A stretch of DNA of 64,000 bases from the human T2T-CHM13v2.0 reference genome, Homo sapiens. The stretch is from the NCBI RefSeq assembly GCF_009914755.1, contig NC_060929.1. One strand, 5' to 3'. The translations under genes and the position numbers were made by a program. The notes beneath the pieces are model-generated. The model made no database searches and was not told where the DNA came from. It saw nothing but the letters and a program-made list of their open reading frames with translations. This document shows positions 30,326-45,864 of the stretch, piece by piece. Position 1 is the first letter of the stretch; each line of letters opens with the position of its first letter.

Positions 30326-31798
30326 CTTAGGAACAAAGAGAGGAAAGAAGATGTACAGCAGATGGGAAATCTGTGCAAGCATAGAGCCTACCTTATTCTC
30401 ATACTACATAACCTTTCCTGGTCTTTCCCCTCTTCTTCTTCAAGCCTTTTTCCTATCACACACATACACATACTACAAAATCTTTCTGGAACAGATACCT
30501 TATCTTCTTTCTCATTCCAGGTTAAACTTAGTCTAGGACAGTGATATTTTTAGTTCAATGAAGTTTTTATAAACTCTAGTTTATCATTTTAACCCCAGAG
30601 CATCCTTATCTCAAGGATCTTTCCCTATTCTCCACCCCCTAGTTTTAACCCTTTGCTGCAGAGCTTAGAAAGAAGCTTATTAGAATGATGATCCCTTGGT
30701 TAAACCAAGGTCTCCTGCAGCTCATGTCATCATCTGCCAGGCTGTCACTCAGGGTAGCCAGTGGTACCTCCATCATGGACAGATGTCCAGCTTGTGCTCA
30801 CCGTGTTGGGAAGCCCAGTGGTCAGTGCCATTTTTTCCTTTTTCCCTTGTACCTTCCTGCCCAACTGTTTGTTGCTTCAATTGGCAATCTCATGGAATGG
30901 CCAGCAGGCCCCTGTGTTTTTTCCTTCTACAGTCAGGTCTAGGTTCATGAGAATCCTAAGAGTCTCTGCCACCCTTGACTTGATTCCATGGAAAACCAGG
31001 AGAGTGATCCTTGCTCTTTGGACATTCACTAACCTTCCTTGACTTTCCCCTAGCCCCTTCTCTGTGCTCCAGGAACCCCATGGTGGGGCCACAGGCTCCT
31101 GCAATCCTCCAGGAGGAAGGAGATGCCAGTCTTCCCTTTGTACCATCTACCATGTGCCCTCATTTCACTAGAGAAGTCCTTAAAGACCTCTGCCTTTGGA
31201 AAGTCAGGAAATCAGTTGAATTTTACCTCCTCCCACAATAGAGGTGGGAAAGAAAGGGACACTTACTACTTCAATAATAATAAAACCAACTTAGCGCTTG
31301 CTGTGTGCCAACTACTTTACAAACACTCTACATGATAACTCATTTAATCCTCATCATGACTCTAATAAGTAGGAATTCTAAAGAAAGTGACTCTTTTGTT
31401 TTTATAAATACTGAGGTAGAAGTATGGTGAATACTGCTTCATAGGTTCTACCGAAATACTCAGTATTACAGCCCCAAGAATATTATAGTCCAAGTCCTTT
31501 TGCTCTCAGTTTAGAGCTCTCTCCAAAATTACATGATCACTAGTCAGTAATACTGAAGGAATAGGAAAAGGTGTTGTTCTGTGTATCACACTCTTATGCT
31601 ACAATTACTTTGCTGCTTACAGTAGGAGAGTAATATGAATGTATGCATGTCGGTTTACATCTTTTTATTGTGCTTTTTAACTGTAAGAGTGATAAATGCT
31701 ATAACAAATTCAAACAAGAAAGAAATGTAACAAATGAAAAATGATTTTTGGTTAGTCATTTGCCTCATCCCGTTACGTTTAACCACTTTAAACAGTTT

Positions 31799-31799
<1 letters not shown>

Positions 31800-31830
<31 letters not shown>
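31800..31830. repeat. (GT)n microsatellite
   Basis: Directly visible. Confidence 0.95.
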
Positions 31831-31834
<4 letters not shown>

Positions 31835-31959
31835 TTTCTTTGTGTATACTTTCCTCAGTGTAGATACAAGTGTACATATATAGATATTTGCCTTAATTGT
31901 TGTAAAAAGGATATGCAATACATGCTTACCTATATGCATATATATGCTATATGTACCTA

Positions 31960-32248
31960 TGTGACACTCCTTTTGGTGCCACTTAGCCAGCCAGAAATCT
32001 CGGTGGCCATCAGTGCCTCTGCCCGGACTTCATTCAGGCCCACTGGGCTCACTCGCAGGCTGCTCTCAGCTCACACTACTGGCCCAGATCCTGTGCCCAC
32101 CATGCTCTGCGCTTAGCCTGTGGCTGGTCCCGGTGTGCAGTGACAGGCTTCCTCCTTGGGCACTGGCGTCTGGACAAGGCGGGATGTGGCAGTGCCCAAA
32201 AACTTGGAGATGCCAGCAACCGCAGAGCCCCAAGGGATGTTACAGCTT
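31960..32248 (-). mobile_element. MER52/LTR27-28-family LTR fragment
   Basis: gccagccagaaatctcggtggcc...cccaaaaacttggagatgccagcaaccgcagagccccaagggatgttacagct. Confidence 0.6.
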
Positions 32249-32249
32249 T

Positions 32250-33075
32250 TTATTCATTTAACATAGCACCACATCAGTGCATGTAGATACATCTCATTTT
32301 TTTGGTCATTTTGTTCTATTCCTTGGTATGGATGTTACATGAATTATTGATCCATTTTCCTATTGATGGTATTTGCATTGTCTCCCATTTTTTGCACTTA
32401 TAACAGTGTTACAATATACACATACAGACACACACACACACACACTCACACATGTCCCTTTCCCAGTAGACCCAGTACTTTTCTAAAATAAATTCTGTAA
32501 GTGGTACTTCTGGGTTGTAGAATGTCTTTATTTTAAATTTGAAAAATTCTGCCAAACGGTCTTTCAAAAATGTCATACGAATTTACACATTACAGAAATT
32601 ACACATTAACAGAATTTGAAGGGGTTTACCTCCTTATCCGCTTAAAAACATTATATGTCATCAAAATTTTATAAATTTTGCCAATTTAATAAAAAATAAC
32701 CTTTGTGTATTATGGATTATGTAATTGTCAGTTTGAGCATTTTTCAAATATTTATTGACCAATTGTAATTTTCTCTCTAAAATGCCTCTTCTTATTTGTT
32801 CATTTTAGTCTCCCTCCTTCTGATTTTGGTCTTTTGATGTTGTTTTATTGGAATATTTTAGCTATAATGGATGTTAACTCTTTGTCTTTTATCTGTGTTG
32901 CAAATATTTTCCCACAGTCCTCATTTGGCTTTTAAATTTGTTCTTGTGAACTGGTTTTTGCCAAAAAGAAGATTTGACTTTTTAATCATTCCAAACTGTC
33001 AACCTTTCCTTCATGGACTCTGGGCCTCCTGTTAGACTTAGAAGGTTCTCCCCACTCCAAGACTGTAAAAATGTG
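32250..33075 (-). mobile_element. Old L1ME fragment
   Basis: ttttcctattgatggtattt, gttgcaaatattttcccacagtc, aaggttctccccactccaaga. Confidence 0.65.
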
Positions 33076-35904
33076 GACAGTGTATTTATTTAGAGCATTA
33101 GATGACCAAATTCAAAGAGGCCACAGTAACATAATTGATACGATGCCAAAGAAAATAGCCCGAAGCCCTGCCGAGGAATCTGCCTAGCCCTCCTTTTCCC
33201 CTCCACTGTACTTTTCCGGCCTGTGATTATTTGTTATGCCTCTAGGCAGCCCTGACTTTCCATTAAGTCCTCCTCCCTCCTCTTTTATTCCTGTGCAGAG
33301 AGCTGTTTGCTTTTCAGTTTTTGCTTTTTGTTTTCACAGACTGTGATGGCCAATAAGTGGGACCCCTTTGACCTGTACTTCTCCCTTCCTAGGACCAAAT
33401 GCAGCATTACTGACTATATGTACACCTTCCTGTTCTCCCGTCTCTCCTTTCATCCTCCCCCTTCCTGGAGTGAGCAAGCAAGGGAGCCAAAAGCAGACTT
33501 TGACACATCTGCCCTGGCTTGGCTCTACTCCAGTGGGAAAGTTTGATGTTGCAAGCTTTTGAAAGTCGCTCACATTTCCCTGACTTAGAATCATGCAGGC
33601 TTCCTTGACTTCCTTCTAATTCAATAAGGATAAAGAAAGCAAGCTGTTTGCTGCAGCCTGGGTCCTGAGGGAATCAGACCCAGGCAAATGGATAACCTAG
33701 AGCCATTGTCATGGGCCCCTTTTTTTGTCCCTTCTGTCTCCAACACCCTGCCCACCCGAGGCTGCCTTTTCTTTCTAGGCAGGGGCACTCTATTGGGGCA
33801 TAATCTGATACGAAGTTTCTCTCCTTGATGGGGTCAACCACAGTCCAATGTCAAGGGTTATCTTAGGAGGATTTTTGCCCCACTACAGTCTCCATCAGCC
33901 TCCAACATCTGCTGTGTATGTTTATTTAAACATACTCTCTAAATAAAAGCAGTATGCTTTCTATGTGAATGTGGTTTCCAGACATGTCCCCCAGCAACCA
34001 GGGCTGCATGTGTCTGCCAAACCTAGATCCCTCTTAAGTAGCTATTTGGGAGCCACCCCTTCTCCCCAACTTCCCAGGTATTTATGGGGGGCAGGGAAGA
34101 GTGCAGGGGATGGAGGGCTGAGGCAAAGGGCTACGATGTTAGCTTTTAGTGAGCAAGGCCGGGCAGTGGAAGGCTGACCGGTACCTCTAACTCACCCTGC
34201 ATGGGAAGGCCCCTCCTCACAACTCTGTCCTGGAGGAACGAAAGTCCCACTTCCCTTGGACCTTTGCTGGGGTGCAAGATCCTGCCTCATAACGCTGCGC
34301 TTGTTGTTGTTTAAATCCTGTTAAACAGCAGAATTTCCAAGAACACCCAGGCTGTCTTGTGATCTTTGGGATTGTGCCATGGGTGCTTTTATCACTTTCT
34401 TTCGTTTTGGCTATCCGTATTTTCTGATGTTAGTAGTCTGATATAATTCTAAGTATTGCTTTTAATATTAAAACAAGGTTTCATTTTAACTTTTAAATGT
34501 TATCCTCAGGGAAGCTCTCAAAATTCCCAGGTGGGGGTTAAAGGAAGCTATGTGGGAATATAAATGAGTAATAAGGCCCCGAGATTTAGGAAGCCCTGGC
34601 TAAATTTCGGTTATCATTGTCGTCATTGCTATTACCATTACGGAGCAGAAATAAGTTTGGGGTGGAAGTAGAGAGTCAGCACTGAGTGAGGGGCAGACAG
34701 CTGATTCTAGAGTTAGATGGCACTACAGCCACATTGATGTTTAGGAACCACACAAGGTTTTCAGCTAGTGACGTTCCCGGGGGCAGGAAGGATGGTCATA
34801 TTTTGATGTTTTTGCCTGTGGCCTGGGTGATAGGCAAATAATTCAGTAAAGAAATAACCTCTATCAACATCAAACACTGAAGAGAGACCAGCAAAACTGA
34901 GAGTGTTTTGGGAAAAAGAGCAGAGAGAACTGAATTCCAAGGGGATCCCGAAGCAAAGAAAGATTGCTGGTCTGGAAACTCCTGAGAGATGTGCTTACCA
35001 TATACACAGGCTTTTCTAAGATCATTTTGATTTCAAATATTCTGTCCTTGTGCTTCGACAAATGTAGCCAAGGGTTCTGATATTTACATTAGAAAACACG
35101 ACCGCCATATGTCTCCTTAAGCACAGGAAAACTCTAAATGATGCATGAATCCCTCTGTTCAACATGCATCATGAATCCTGTATGCCCCAAATATTTTGAA
35201 GTTTCCCTTCACTGAAAGGAGCGGAGAAGCAGCAGCTCAGTGACACACGAGCTGCTGAAATGGGTTATTGAAAACCCATTTCAACCAGAGGGTACCGTTG
35301 CCTCTGTGGCTTCATGCCTCAAGCTCACACACAGGGCCTCTGCTGTTTAGGGTGCCAGGAACCCCTCTAGGGATCCAAGTATTCAAGGCTGATGAAGATG
35401 ATTTCGAGGTGACATCTGAAAAGGCTGTATGTATGGCATAAAGGCTTCCCTGTATGAAATCCTGGCAAAGCTGTTCAGCAACATGTGAGTGGATGGAGAG
35501 AATGGGAATTTAAGAGGGCATAGTGCCATCCATGGCAGAGCTGGCCATAGACAGGAAGTTAGAGACCATAACTCTCTTTTTCGTCTGAACTAAAAAGCTC
35601 CAAAAAAAAAAAAAAAAAAAACAACCCGCGAGACTTGGCAATTGTAGTAAAGCATGACTCTATGCCTAACTGGTGAAATTTACTTTGTAAAAAACGAGAT
35701 TTAAGATTATAGGGTTAAGAAGAGTGGCAACACAACTATTGGAACAAATAGCCACTGATTGCCTTCTTAATCAAATAAATTTGAACCTTGGGAGAAAAAT
35801 AGGTGGCCTGTGATCTAAGACACTCCTTGTCTTCATAAAGCAACAGAAAAAACTGGATAATTCCAGGGAAGAAATTTGAGTTCATATATTCGTGGGTGTT
35901 GCCT

Positions 35905-36135
35905 TTATTTATTTATTTTATTATTATTTTTTTCCTGAGATGAGGTCTCACTCTGTCTCCCAGGCTGGATGGAGTGTGATGGTGCTCACTGTAACCTCAA
36001 ACTCCTGGGCTCAAGTGATCCTCCCGCCTCATTCTCCTGTGTACCTGGGACTACAGGCCTGTGCCACTACTCTCAGCTAATTTTTAAAATTGTTTTTGTA
36101 GAGACAGGTTCTCCTGATCTTGCCCGGGCTGTTTG
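35905..36135 (-). mobile_element. 5'-truncated AluJ
   Basis: Right arm plus part of left arm; flanking tgttgccttta duplicated. Confidence 0.85.
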
Positions 36136-36889
36136 AGTCTCCTTATGTTGCCTTTAACATACATACTCATCAGCCACTGAGGAACCTAGAACCTTCCAAT
36201 ATAGTAAGAGCAATGACAATAGGCTGTTCTGATTCACTGGAAACAAACAAAATAAAGGCGTGTGGCCTTTCACTAGATAATCTTTGCTTTTGAACCTGAC
36301 CCCGAACCCCCTTCAGAGATGAACAAGCCCATTATAGTTCTGACATCTCAATGAGCTCAGCCCATGGGTCTGAAATCCTGACCTAACAGTTGAACCGCTC
36401 ATGCTTAATAGTTTATTTAGGTTTCTTTCTGTAGAAGGAACACACAGAGGGCTCTGTATTAGTAGGGATTGTGGCTACATATCTACCACTATTGCCCTGC
36501 CAGGCTGATTTCTAAAATGAAAGCATCTATAATTTTTCTAATGACAATATTAATGTTCTCTATGAAATTAAAACAAGAATGATCTGAAATGATTTAAACA
36601 TTCAGAGAATGTCTGCTTTTACATGAAACTGTAATGACATGTTCAGGATACGAAGACAGTCACCATTTTTGGTATGGAGTAAGCGATTCACCGCATTCAT
36701 TACTTAATTCCTTCAAAAACATCTTGTGAGCATCTAACAGCACAGGTACAAAACATCCCGTATTGTAAGAAACACTCAGACAAAGGAAGAGTTTATTATA
36801 CTTGCAGTTAGGGCCATAATTTCCTGTTACCATACATTAGTGACTTTCTAGAAAGGGACTTTTTTTCTAGATCTTTAATACAATCTAAC

Positions 36890-37100
36890 ATTTAGGAAGT
36901 GCTTTATTATGCACTATATGTGCATTTTCTCTTCTCCTCATAAAAATTGTATGTTGTCAGTTGTATTACTATTTCGTCTTTATAGATGAGATAATTAGGT
37001 ATAGAGAGGCTAAGTAGCCTTTCCAAAGTCATTCCACGAGTAAATGGCAACACTAGAATGCAAATGCAGATGTGTCAGACAGTAAAGCTCATGCTCCACT
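36890..37100 (-). mobile_element. MIR
   Basis: ttatagatgagataattaggtatagagaggctaagtagcctttccaaagtca. Confidence 0.7.
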
Positions 37101-37397
37101 GAGATTCTTTTTTGGATCTATTTACAAAGAACATTCTCACATGTAATCTCAGGTAAATCTCAAACCCCTCCCTGTATTACATACTATTATCCTTATTTTA
37201 CACATGAAACTAGTAAGGTTAACACACATATTTAGGCCCAATCAGCTTTTTAAGTAAATCATTTTTAATGCCAATTATAGTAACCATTAAAAATTCCTAA
37301 ATGTGATATTTTCACATGGTATACGTTAAATATTTGTCATCCAAGAAAATGTTAATGTTCAATTCTAAAATAAAATTTTTTCAACTCCTTTTCTGTA

Positions 37398-37565
37398 TAA
37401 GGTTGCCAGGTTTAACAAATAAAACTACATAATGCCTAGTTAAATTTGAATTTCAGATAAACAACACATGATTTGCATGGGACATATTTACACCAAAAAA
37501 TGTATTCATTGTTGATCTGAAATTCAAATTTAACCAGGCATCCTGTATTTTATCTGGCAGCCCTA
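37398..37565. mobile_element. MER53 palindromic hAT MITE
   Basis: TIRs ggttgccag/ctggcagccc; internal inverted repeat gttaaatttgaatttcagat/atctgaaattcaaatttaac. Confidence 0.85.
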
Positions 37566-37614
37566 TTTCTGGAAGATATATTTAATATGTAACAAATGAG
37601 AACATTTTAAGCTA

Positions 37615-37934
<320 letters not shown>

Positions 37935-38681
37935 TGAGCTAATTTTTTAAAATTAGAAAACTATTCCTTTATCACCATCTAAACTTGAATTGAGCACATA
38001 TCTGTATATGATGTCTGTCTAGCTGCTATGTAAATGTGTGGTATGGTCTCTGCCTTCCAGGAGCTTACAGTACCAGTCATTTGAATGTAAAAATAGTGAT
38101 GAGTTGATAATTTATTGCTTCTAGTTTTTGCTACTAAAAGTTAATAATAGGAATTCCCACTTGAATAATGTTTGATGAGTGGCACTGGTTTAAGATTCAC
38201 AAAATCTTATGTGAGCTGTAAATATTACCATTTTACAGGTGAAGACAAAGAGGCAACATAGTTTCTTGTCTAAGGAGACAAAGCTAGGAAGCGGGAGAAC
38301 AGGGGTGTATGGTACTTGATTCCGGATTCACTCATCTTTTTTCTATGCTCTGCCGTGCCTTAAAGCATCTCGGAGCAACAGGCCAGTCATAGATGTGGAG
38401 CACAAGGAAGGTGCTGCCAGAGAGAATGAATATCCTGCCTTTGGGGACACCTGTATGACTGTACTACATCCCAGATAACTGTAGAGGGCAATGATTCTCC
38501 AGGGAAGTGTCTACAGGTTGGCCTCAAGCCCCTCCAACTCTGTTAATGGAGCAGTCAGGGTTGGCTCTGGTGAACAACCTGGAAGCTAAGTTTTTTGGGA
38601 GCAAAAGGTAAGCCAGGAAAAAAATGCAGGTCTTCTAGAAATGGTCTGCTTTCCATCTAAGGTGAGATTTTTCTAGGTGGC

Positions 38682-39221
38682 TGTGGTTGTTAATTTTATA
38701 TGTCAAGTTGACTGAGCCACAGGGTGCCCAGATATTTGGTGAAACATTAGTCTGGGTGTTTCTATGAGGTTGTTTTTGAATTTGTTTAACGTTTAAGTTG
38801 ATAGACTGAGTAAAATAGATTGTCCTCTGTAACGTGAGTGGTCTCACCCAATCTACTGAAGGCCTGAATAGAACAAAAGGCTGACCCTCTCCCATATGAG
38901 AGAGAGTTGCTCCTGCCTGACTGTCTTTGGCCTGGAACATCAGTTTTTTTTCCCCACTTTTGGACTTGAAGTGAACCATTGGCTCTTCCTGGGTCTCCAG
39001 CCTTCTGGCCTGCAGACTGAAACTACACTGTCAGCTCTCCTGGGTCTCTAGCTTGTCAGCTGTAGCTCTTGGGATCTGTCAACCTCCCTAATGGTGTGAG
39101 CCAATCCTCTCTCAATCTGTATTATGTATATATCTATATCTATATCCATATCTGTATCTATATCCATATCTGTATCTATAACCCATTCATTCTGATTCTT
39201 TAGAGAACCGTGACTCATACA
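38682..39221 (+). mobile_element. MLT2 (ERVL) solo LTR with internal (TATATC)n tract
   Basis: tgtggttgttaattttatatgtcaagttgactg...gagaaccgtgactcataca. Confidence 0.8.
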
Positions 39222-39989
39222 GTAGGTTAATGCTACCTCTACATCTGGCAAGGAAAGCAAATTGATCTTACCTGTCTCAAAAACCCAGAATGGCTTTCTT
39301 CCACAGCAGCTCACCCTGTCCTGTCATAACTGTGTGTTATTTATTCAGTGAACACTTATTAAGTACTTGATTTATAAGATACCATGAGAAGGTCAATGAC
39401 CTGGTAGGGCATTTCAGGATAGTAGGGAGTCACCTATCCATGGCTCAGGTCAGAGGTTTTCAAACATTATTTTTACCAAGTCTATTTTTTTAAGTCTTAC
39501 AAAAAAAAAATCATGTATAAAGTATATGGAAGGGGATCAGTTTTGATAAAATGGGCAGCGCTGGGGCAGGGTGGGGTGGCATGGAGGCCCTCTTCAGTGC
39601 TGGGAGCTCCTTACTCAGAGCCTCTGTTGGTTTTGTTTTCTCATGTAAAATGGAATTTTATTGTATTTGCTTTTAACACCATTTTCTTCTTGAAAGAAAA
39701 TAACATTTTATTATACAAGTTACACATGCCTACTATAGAAAACGTAGTTGTACTCTAGCAAAAAATTATCCATAATCTAATATTCTACCAGAGAAAACTA
39801 CTAACATTTTCATATTACTGAAACACACACACAGACACGTTTGCATATCTATTTTCATACTATACATAGACCAAAGCCCTTCTAAAAATGACTCCTTTCA
39901 GAACAACTAACCATATAGAATTGGATTACATCCTTTCATCAGGAAGTACTAGAGTAAATTTATCTTAACTAAAGAACCCGAGTTTTGTG

Positions 39990-40299
39990 TACAATAAACC
40001 CTCCATATCCACGAGTTCCCTGTCTGTGGATTCAAGCAACTGCAAATTAGAAATATTTGAAAAAAAAACTGCAATAAAAATTATATGAATAAAAAATGGT
40101 GTAACAACTATATACCTAGCATTTACATTGTATTATGTATTATAAATAGTCTAGAGATGATTTAAAGTATGTGGGAGGATGTGCATATGTTATATGCAAA
40201 GATTAATCCATTTTATATCAAGGACTTGAGCATCTTCAGATTTGGTATTCACAGGGGTCCTGGAAGAAATTCGCCATGGATATGGAGGCATGACTATAT
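39990..40299. mobile_element. MER2 (TcMar-Tigger)
   Basis: ccctccatatccacg...ctagagatgatttaaagtat...tttatatcaaggacttgagcatc...ggatatggagg. Confidence 0.85.
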
Positions 40300-40820
40300 A
40301 CACCAGAGCCTTGACATAACAGATAAATGTTGTGTTCTTTACAGTAGTTACCTTGCAAGGCTATACACTCCAATAATGCTGAGAATATTATTTTTCAGAT
40401 TGTCTATAGAGCCCTTAGTACCTTTCTCTGAATATCTCTAGTTATAGTAAATATTTATTCTTTAGGAGTTAATTGAATGTCTGAAAACAGTTGTATATTC
40501 AAAGAATAAAGAGAATGACTAAGTTGGATAATGTGAATAACCCATATGGGGTTCCAAAATATTTTGATAAAGGGCAATGAATTGGATTTTCTTAATTTTT
40601 TTGAAGTCAAGCATATAGAGAAAGGTCTAAAGTATTTCCTCTCTGGCAGCATTGCTAGAATATACATATTGTCTTAGAGGTGTATTTTGGAAGAGGATCC
40701 AAGGCCTTCAACTGCCTGGCCCTGGTGCACTTCCCCGATCTTTCCTCCCTCTTCTCTACATATACTGTATACTCAGTTCATACCTGCTTTCCTAGCACAG
40801 CCTGTCTGAGTTTGCCTTTG

Positions 40821-40957
40821 CAGTGCTTCTCAAACTTTACTGTATCCATAATCAGCTGAGGATCTTGTTTTAAATGCAGGCCTGATTGAGTAGCTCGGGG
40901 ATGGGTCCCAAGTTTCTACTTTTCTAACAAGCTCCCAGGGAACCCACTTTGAGTAGC
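40821..40957. mobile_element. MER5A
   Basis: cagtgcttctcaaact...tttctaacaagctcccag...cactttgagtagc. Confidence 0.75.
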
Positions 40958-41030
40958 GTGATTTCAAGGCTCAGCTCAAAATATTCCTGAATTGTTTTTG
41001 GATAAACAAGAGCTCCCTTCCTCTCTCTAT

Positions 41031-41175
41031 CAGTGGTTCCCAAACCTGTCTGCGCACTGAAATCCCCTGGGGAGCTTCAAAACCTACTGGTGCCTGTGTC
41101 CCATCCCAGAGATCGTGGTTGAATTTTTAAAATATTTTCAGGAGATTTCAATATGCAGACAAGTTTAGGAATCTA
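41031..41175. mobile_element. MER5A1-like
   Basis: cagtggttcccaaacctg...atcccctggggagctt. Confidence 0.7.
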
Positions 41176-42535
41176 AATACTCACAGTGCCTCCCATGCCT
41201 CATTATGTTTTAATTATGGCAATTGTTAGTTTGTTGGCCTATTTTGTCTTTGCTTTTGTCTAATCTGCCCTACCAGGTCACTGACCTTCTCATGCTGTTT
41301 TACAAACCTGGTACTTAATAGGTGTTTGCTGAATATGTAAAAAAATTAAAAATAAAAATGAAAATGAATATGTAAAAGATATTATCCTCATCATCAGCCC
41401 CAGTAGAATAGGGCCTCTCATAAAGCCTTTTACCTAAAATAACTTGTCTGACTTTTTCATATTAGACTTGTAGAAACTGCTGTTCTTTACACATTCAACC
41501 TTTTCATCTTTGCCCTGCAAATGCCATCAAGAAACTTTTCTGTTACAGTTTTTATTTTGCATGGCTGAGTTTTCTTTTGCTACTCTAGGGTTACTAAGGA
41601 ATTCAGCACAGCCCAGGGATCCAGGGACACCTGCCTGCCACCCCCTAGGATTCCAAAAGAGCAAGATTAGGGACTACTTCAAGCTTGTGCCCTGGCCCTC
41701 TTCCACAGGGGGGTCATCCTGCATGAACCTGGAGCAATAGAAGGTGGCCTGTTACCCCATCTTTGAAGGGTCTATCCAGGAGCTACATATCCCTGAAAAG
41801 ATTGAGTCAATTCTCTTTCCTATTATACTCTTCCCCTTGTGATTTCCCAGCAGCTGTAAACAGTGCAGAATTGGCCGAGTGTATGCAGCAAAAGCCTGGA
41901 TCTCAAGGTTCTGTCTCATGACAGAGTGAGTACTTCCATGTCCTTGTGACAGCCAGCATGGCTGCTTCCAGTCCTCCTGCTTTACAGTCATACCTGGGAG
42001 GTTGAGCAAAGGTCCCACACTGCATTTATTCTTGGAGAATTATTAAGTCTTACAGTCACCCTTTGTGCTGTGGTTACCACATAAGTTTCCAGGTCCTTAG
42101 GCTGCTCCCTGATGTTTAGAACAGATTTGTGTGATGTGCTGACATTGTGTCTAACCCACAAAACAGTGCTGAGGCCCTGCAGCAATGAATGACTTAGGAG
42201 AGAAGCTACTTGCTCATAACAGAAAACCAAACCCCCATTAGCTTAAACAAGTAGGATATTTTTTCTCATCTAACAAGACACTTGTGTAATGTTGCAGCTC
42301 AAAATACCATTAGGAACAATCTTTTTCTATATTCTGCTCTACCATTCTTAGTAAGAAGACACCATCACTTCATGGTTGCAAGATAGCTGCTGAATCTATG
42401 GATTTCGCATCCTTAAATCTAGGCAGAAAGAATAAAGAAGAGTGAAGAATCATCCCTTCCAGAATTCTTAGGAACTCTGAGCTGATGTTGCAGGCTACCC
42501 TTTGCACAAGAGAGTCTGGTAAAGAGTACTTTTAG

Positions 42536-43117
<582 letters not shown>

Positions 43118-43189
43118 ACTGGTAATGTTGATGTTTAGAACAAACTCAGGGATGTGATTGCTTGCTTTATTTTTGGTAAAAATAAAGTG

Positions 43190-43668
43190 AATTTTCATAG
43201 CTATATTTGTGATAGATCAAAATTGAAAACAACCCAAATGTCCATCTTTTGGGGAACTGATAAGTAAATGTGGTTCATCCTAACAATGAAATACTACTCT
43301 GTAATGAAAAGGAGTGTATCATTGATACATAGGAAAGCTAGACAAATCTCAAAATAGTTATGCTGAGAGAAAGAGTTCAAACAAACTACATGCCCTGTGA
43401 TCCCATTTATATAAAACTCTAGAAAATGCAAACTTATCCTTAATGACTGAAAGTAAGTCAGTGGTTGCCTACAGAGAAAGAGTTGGGTGGGAGGGAGGAA
43501 TTACAAAGGGGCGGGGGGATAAATTGGGGAATGATGGATATGTTCACTCTCCTGATTGTGGTGATGGTTTCATGGGTATAGTTCAATACCCAAACTCATC
43601 AAATGGTACACTTTAAATATGTGCAGTTTATTATATGTTATTTATACTTCAGTAAAACTTTTAAAAAG
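43190..43668 (+). mobile_element. L1M (L1MB/MC) 3' end
   Basis: aacaacccaaatgtccatc...gtggtgatggtttcatgggt...cactttaaatatgtgcagtttatt. Confidence 0.8.
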
Positions 43669-43934
43669 TGGAGGGGTGATAGATACTGGATTGGCAATTA
43701 ACATTTTCTACCCAAAGTGGTGTGATGTTATTTCATCCCTTTAATTTGGATATCAGCACATAGAAAACAATCATGCTCTGTGGGGCCCTTACTCAGAAGT
43801 TGGGTACATATAAGGAGCCAGGTTTCCAACGGTCTTTATTTAGTACCATGCACATGCCTTTAACACCCTGAAACTGGGTGTATAATTGGCATTCTTTGGA
43901 AGCTGAGCCAAGGTGTATACATTACCTAAAAATT

Positions 43935-44944
<1,010 letters not shown>

Positions 44945-44963
44945 TGACTACACTTCATATTAA

Positions 44964-45864
44964 CATGTGAAGAAAGCAGTTCTCTCACATAAGCAAAAAG
45001 CCAGAGGACAAAACAAAGTATAATCTTTACCCCAGTAACCTAGGAGCCTAAAAGGGAGCAGCTCATCAGATGACTGGTGCTTGTAGATACACCCACCACC
45101 TGGCACCTACGCTAGATAACCCTGTACACGGTGAGATTTCAGAAGAAGTTTTGATTGCACTAGTTAAGACTATAATCCCATATTTTCTGAATGATTTTGA
45201 GAAAGAAGAAAAATGCCAAAGGGAGGAAATAAAAAGACAGCAAGCTCTAGGAAGACATAAAGAAATGGAAGAAAGATGAAAGAGGCAGTTACAGATTTTC
45301 AAGATCACTGGATTCAAGTGCTGATGAAGTTGAAAATTTATGAGCAAGAAAGGAAGAAAGAAGGAGGGTCAGAACTGCCATTGCCCACTGACCTCTACCC
45401 CAGAGAAAGGAAAAGAGTTGCACAGGAGTTTTCACATAAAGAACACTCAAACCTCGTTCATGATCTTCTAAAGCTGCCGTTCCTCCCCCACTGGGAAGAT
45501 CTCTAGTGGCCTGGAAACTCCTTTTTTGATGACAAGGGTGAAATGGTAATGCGTAAAAACACACAGAACTATGGTGTTTGAGAGGGCGAAGCCTTGGGAA
45601 ACAAGAACAAGGATGGAGTTCCAAGTTGTCATAGGTAAGACTAGCAAACCAGGAGGAAAGGTCAATATTAGCAACACTACATAGATGCCTCCAATATATG
45701 TTTCCAATTAATTTGCAGAAATACTTAAGTGCCTTACTATAATGTCTTGCTAAGGACATGGCTCATGCAGAAGAGTTGGGTGAAGACTTGAAAACAGAAA
45801 TTGAGAAAGAGTATGAAAACTGTGGCAAAACTGGAAAATGTGAAATGTTACGAATTCCTGGTAC
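44964..45864 (+). pseudogene. RBM17: Processed pseudogene of RBM17 (SPF45), old, 5'- and 3'-truncated
   Basis: Intronless, frameshifted match from VKKA..KSQRTKQS through EVLIAL..NDFEK..QREE..KEMEER, the G-patch (YG.REG..LGK.EQG) and EILKC...EDL..E..K.GKC..EIPG (start of the UHM domain); no poly(A). Confidence 0.9.

Noticed and set aside
34990-35110. Possible MER94-like hAT MITE
   Set aside because: TIRs too degraded to call with confidence.
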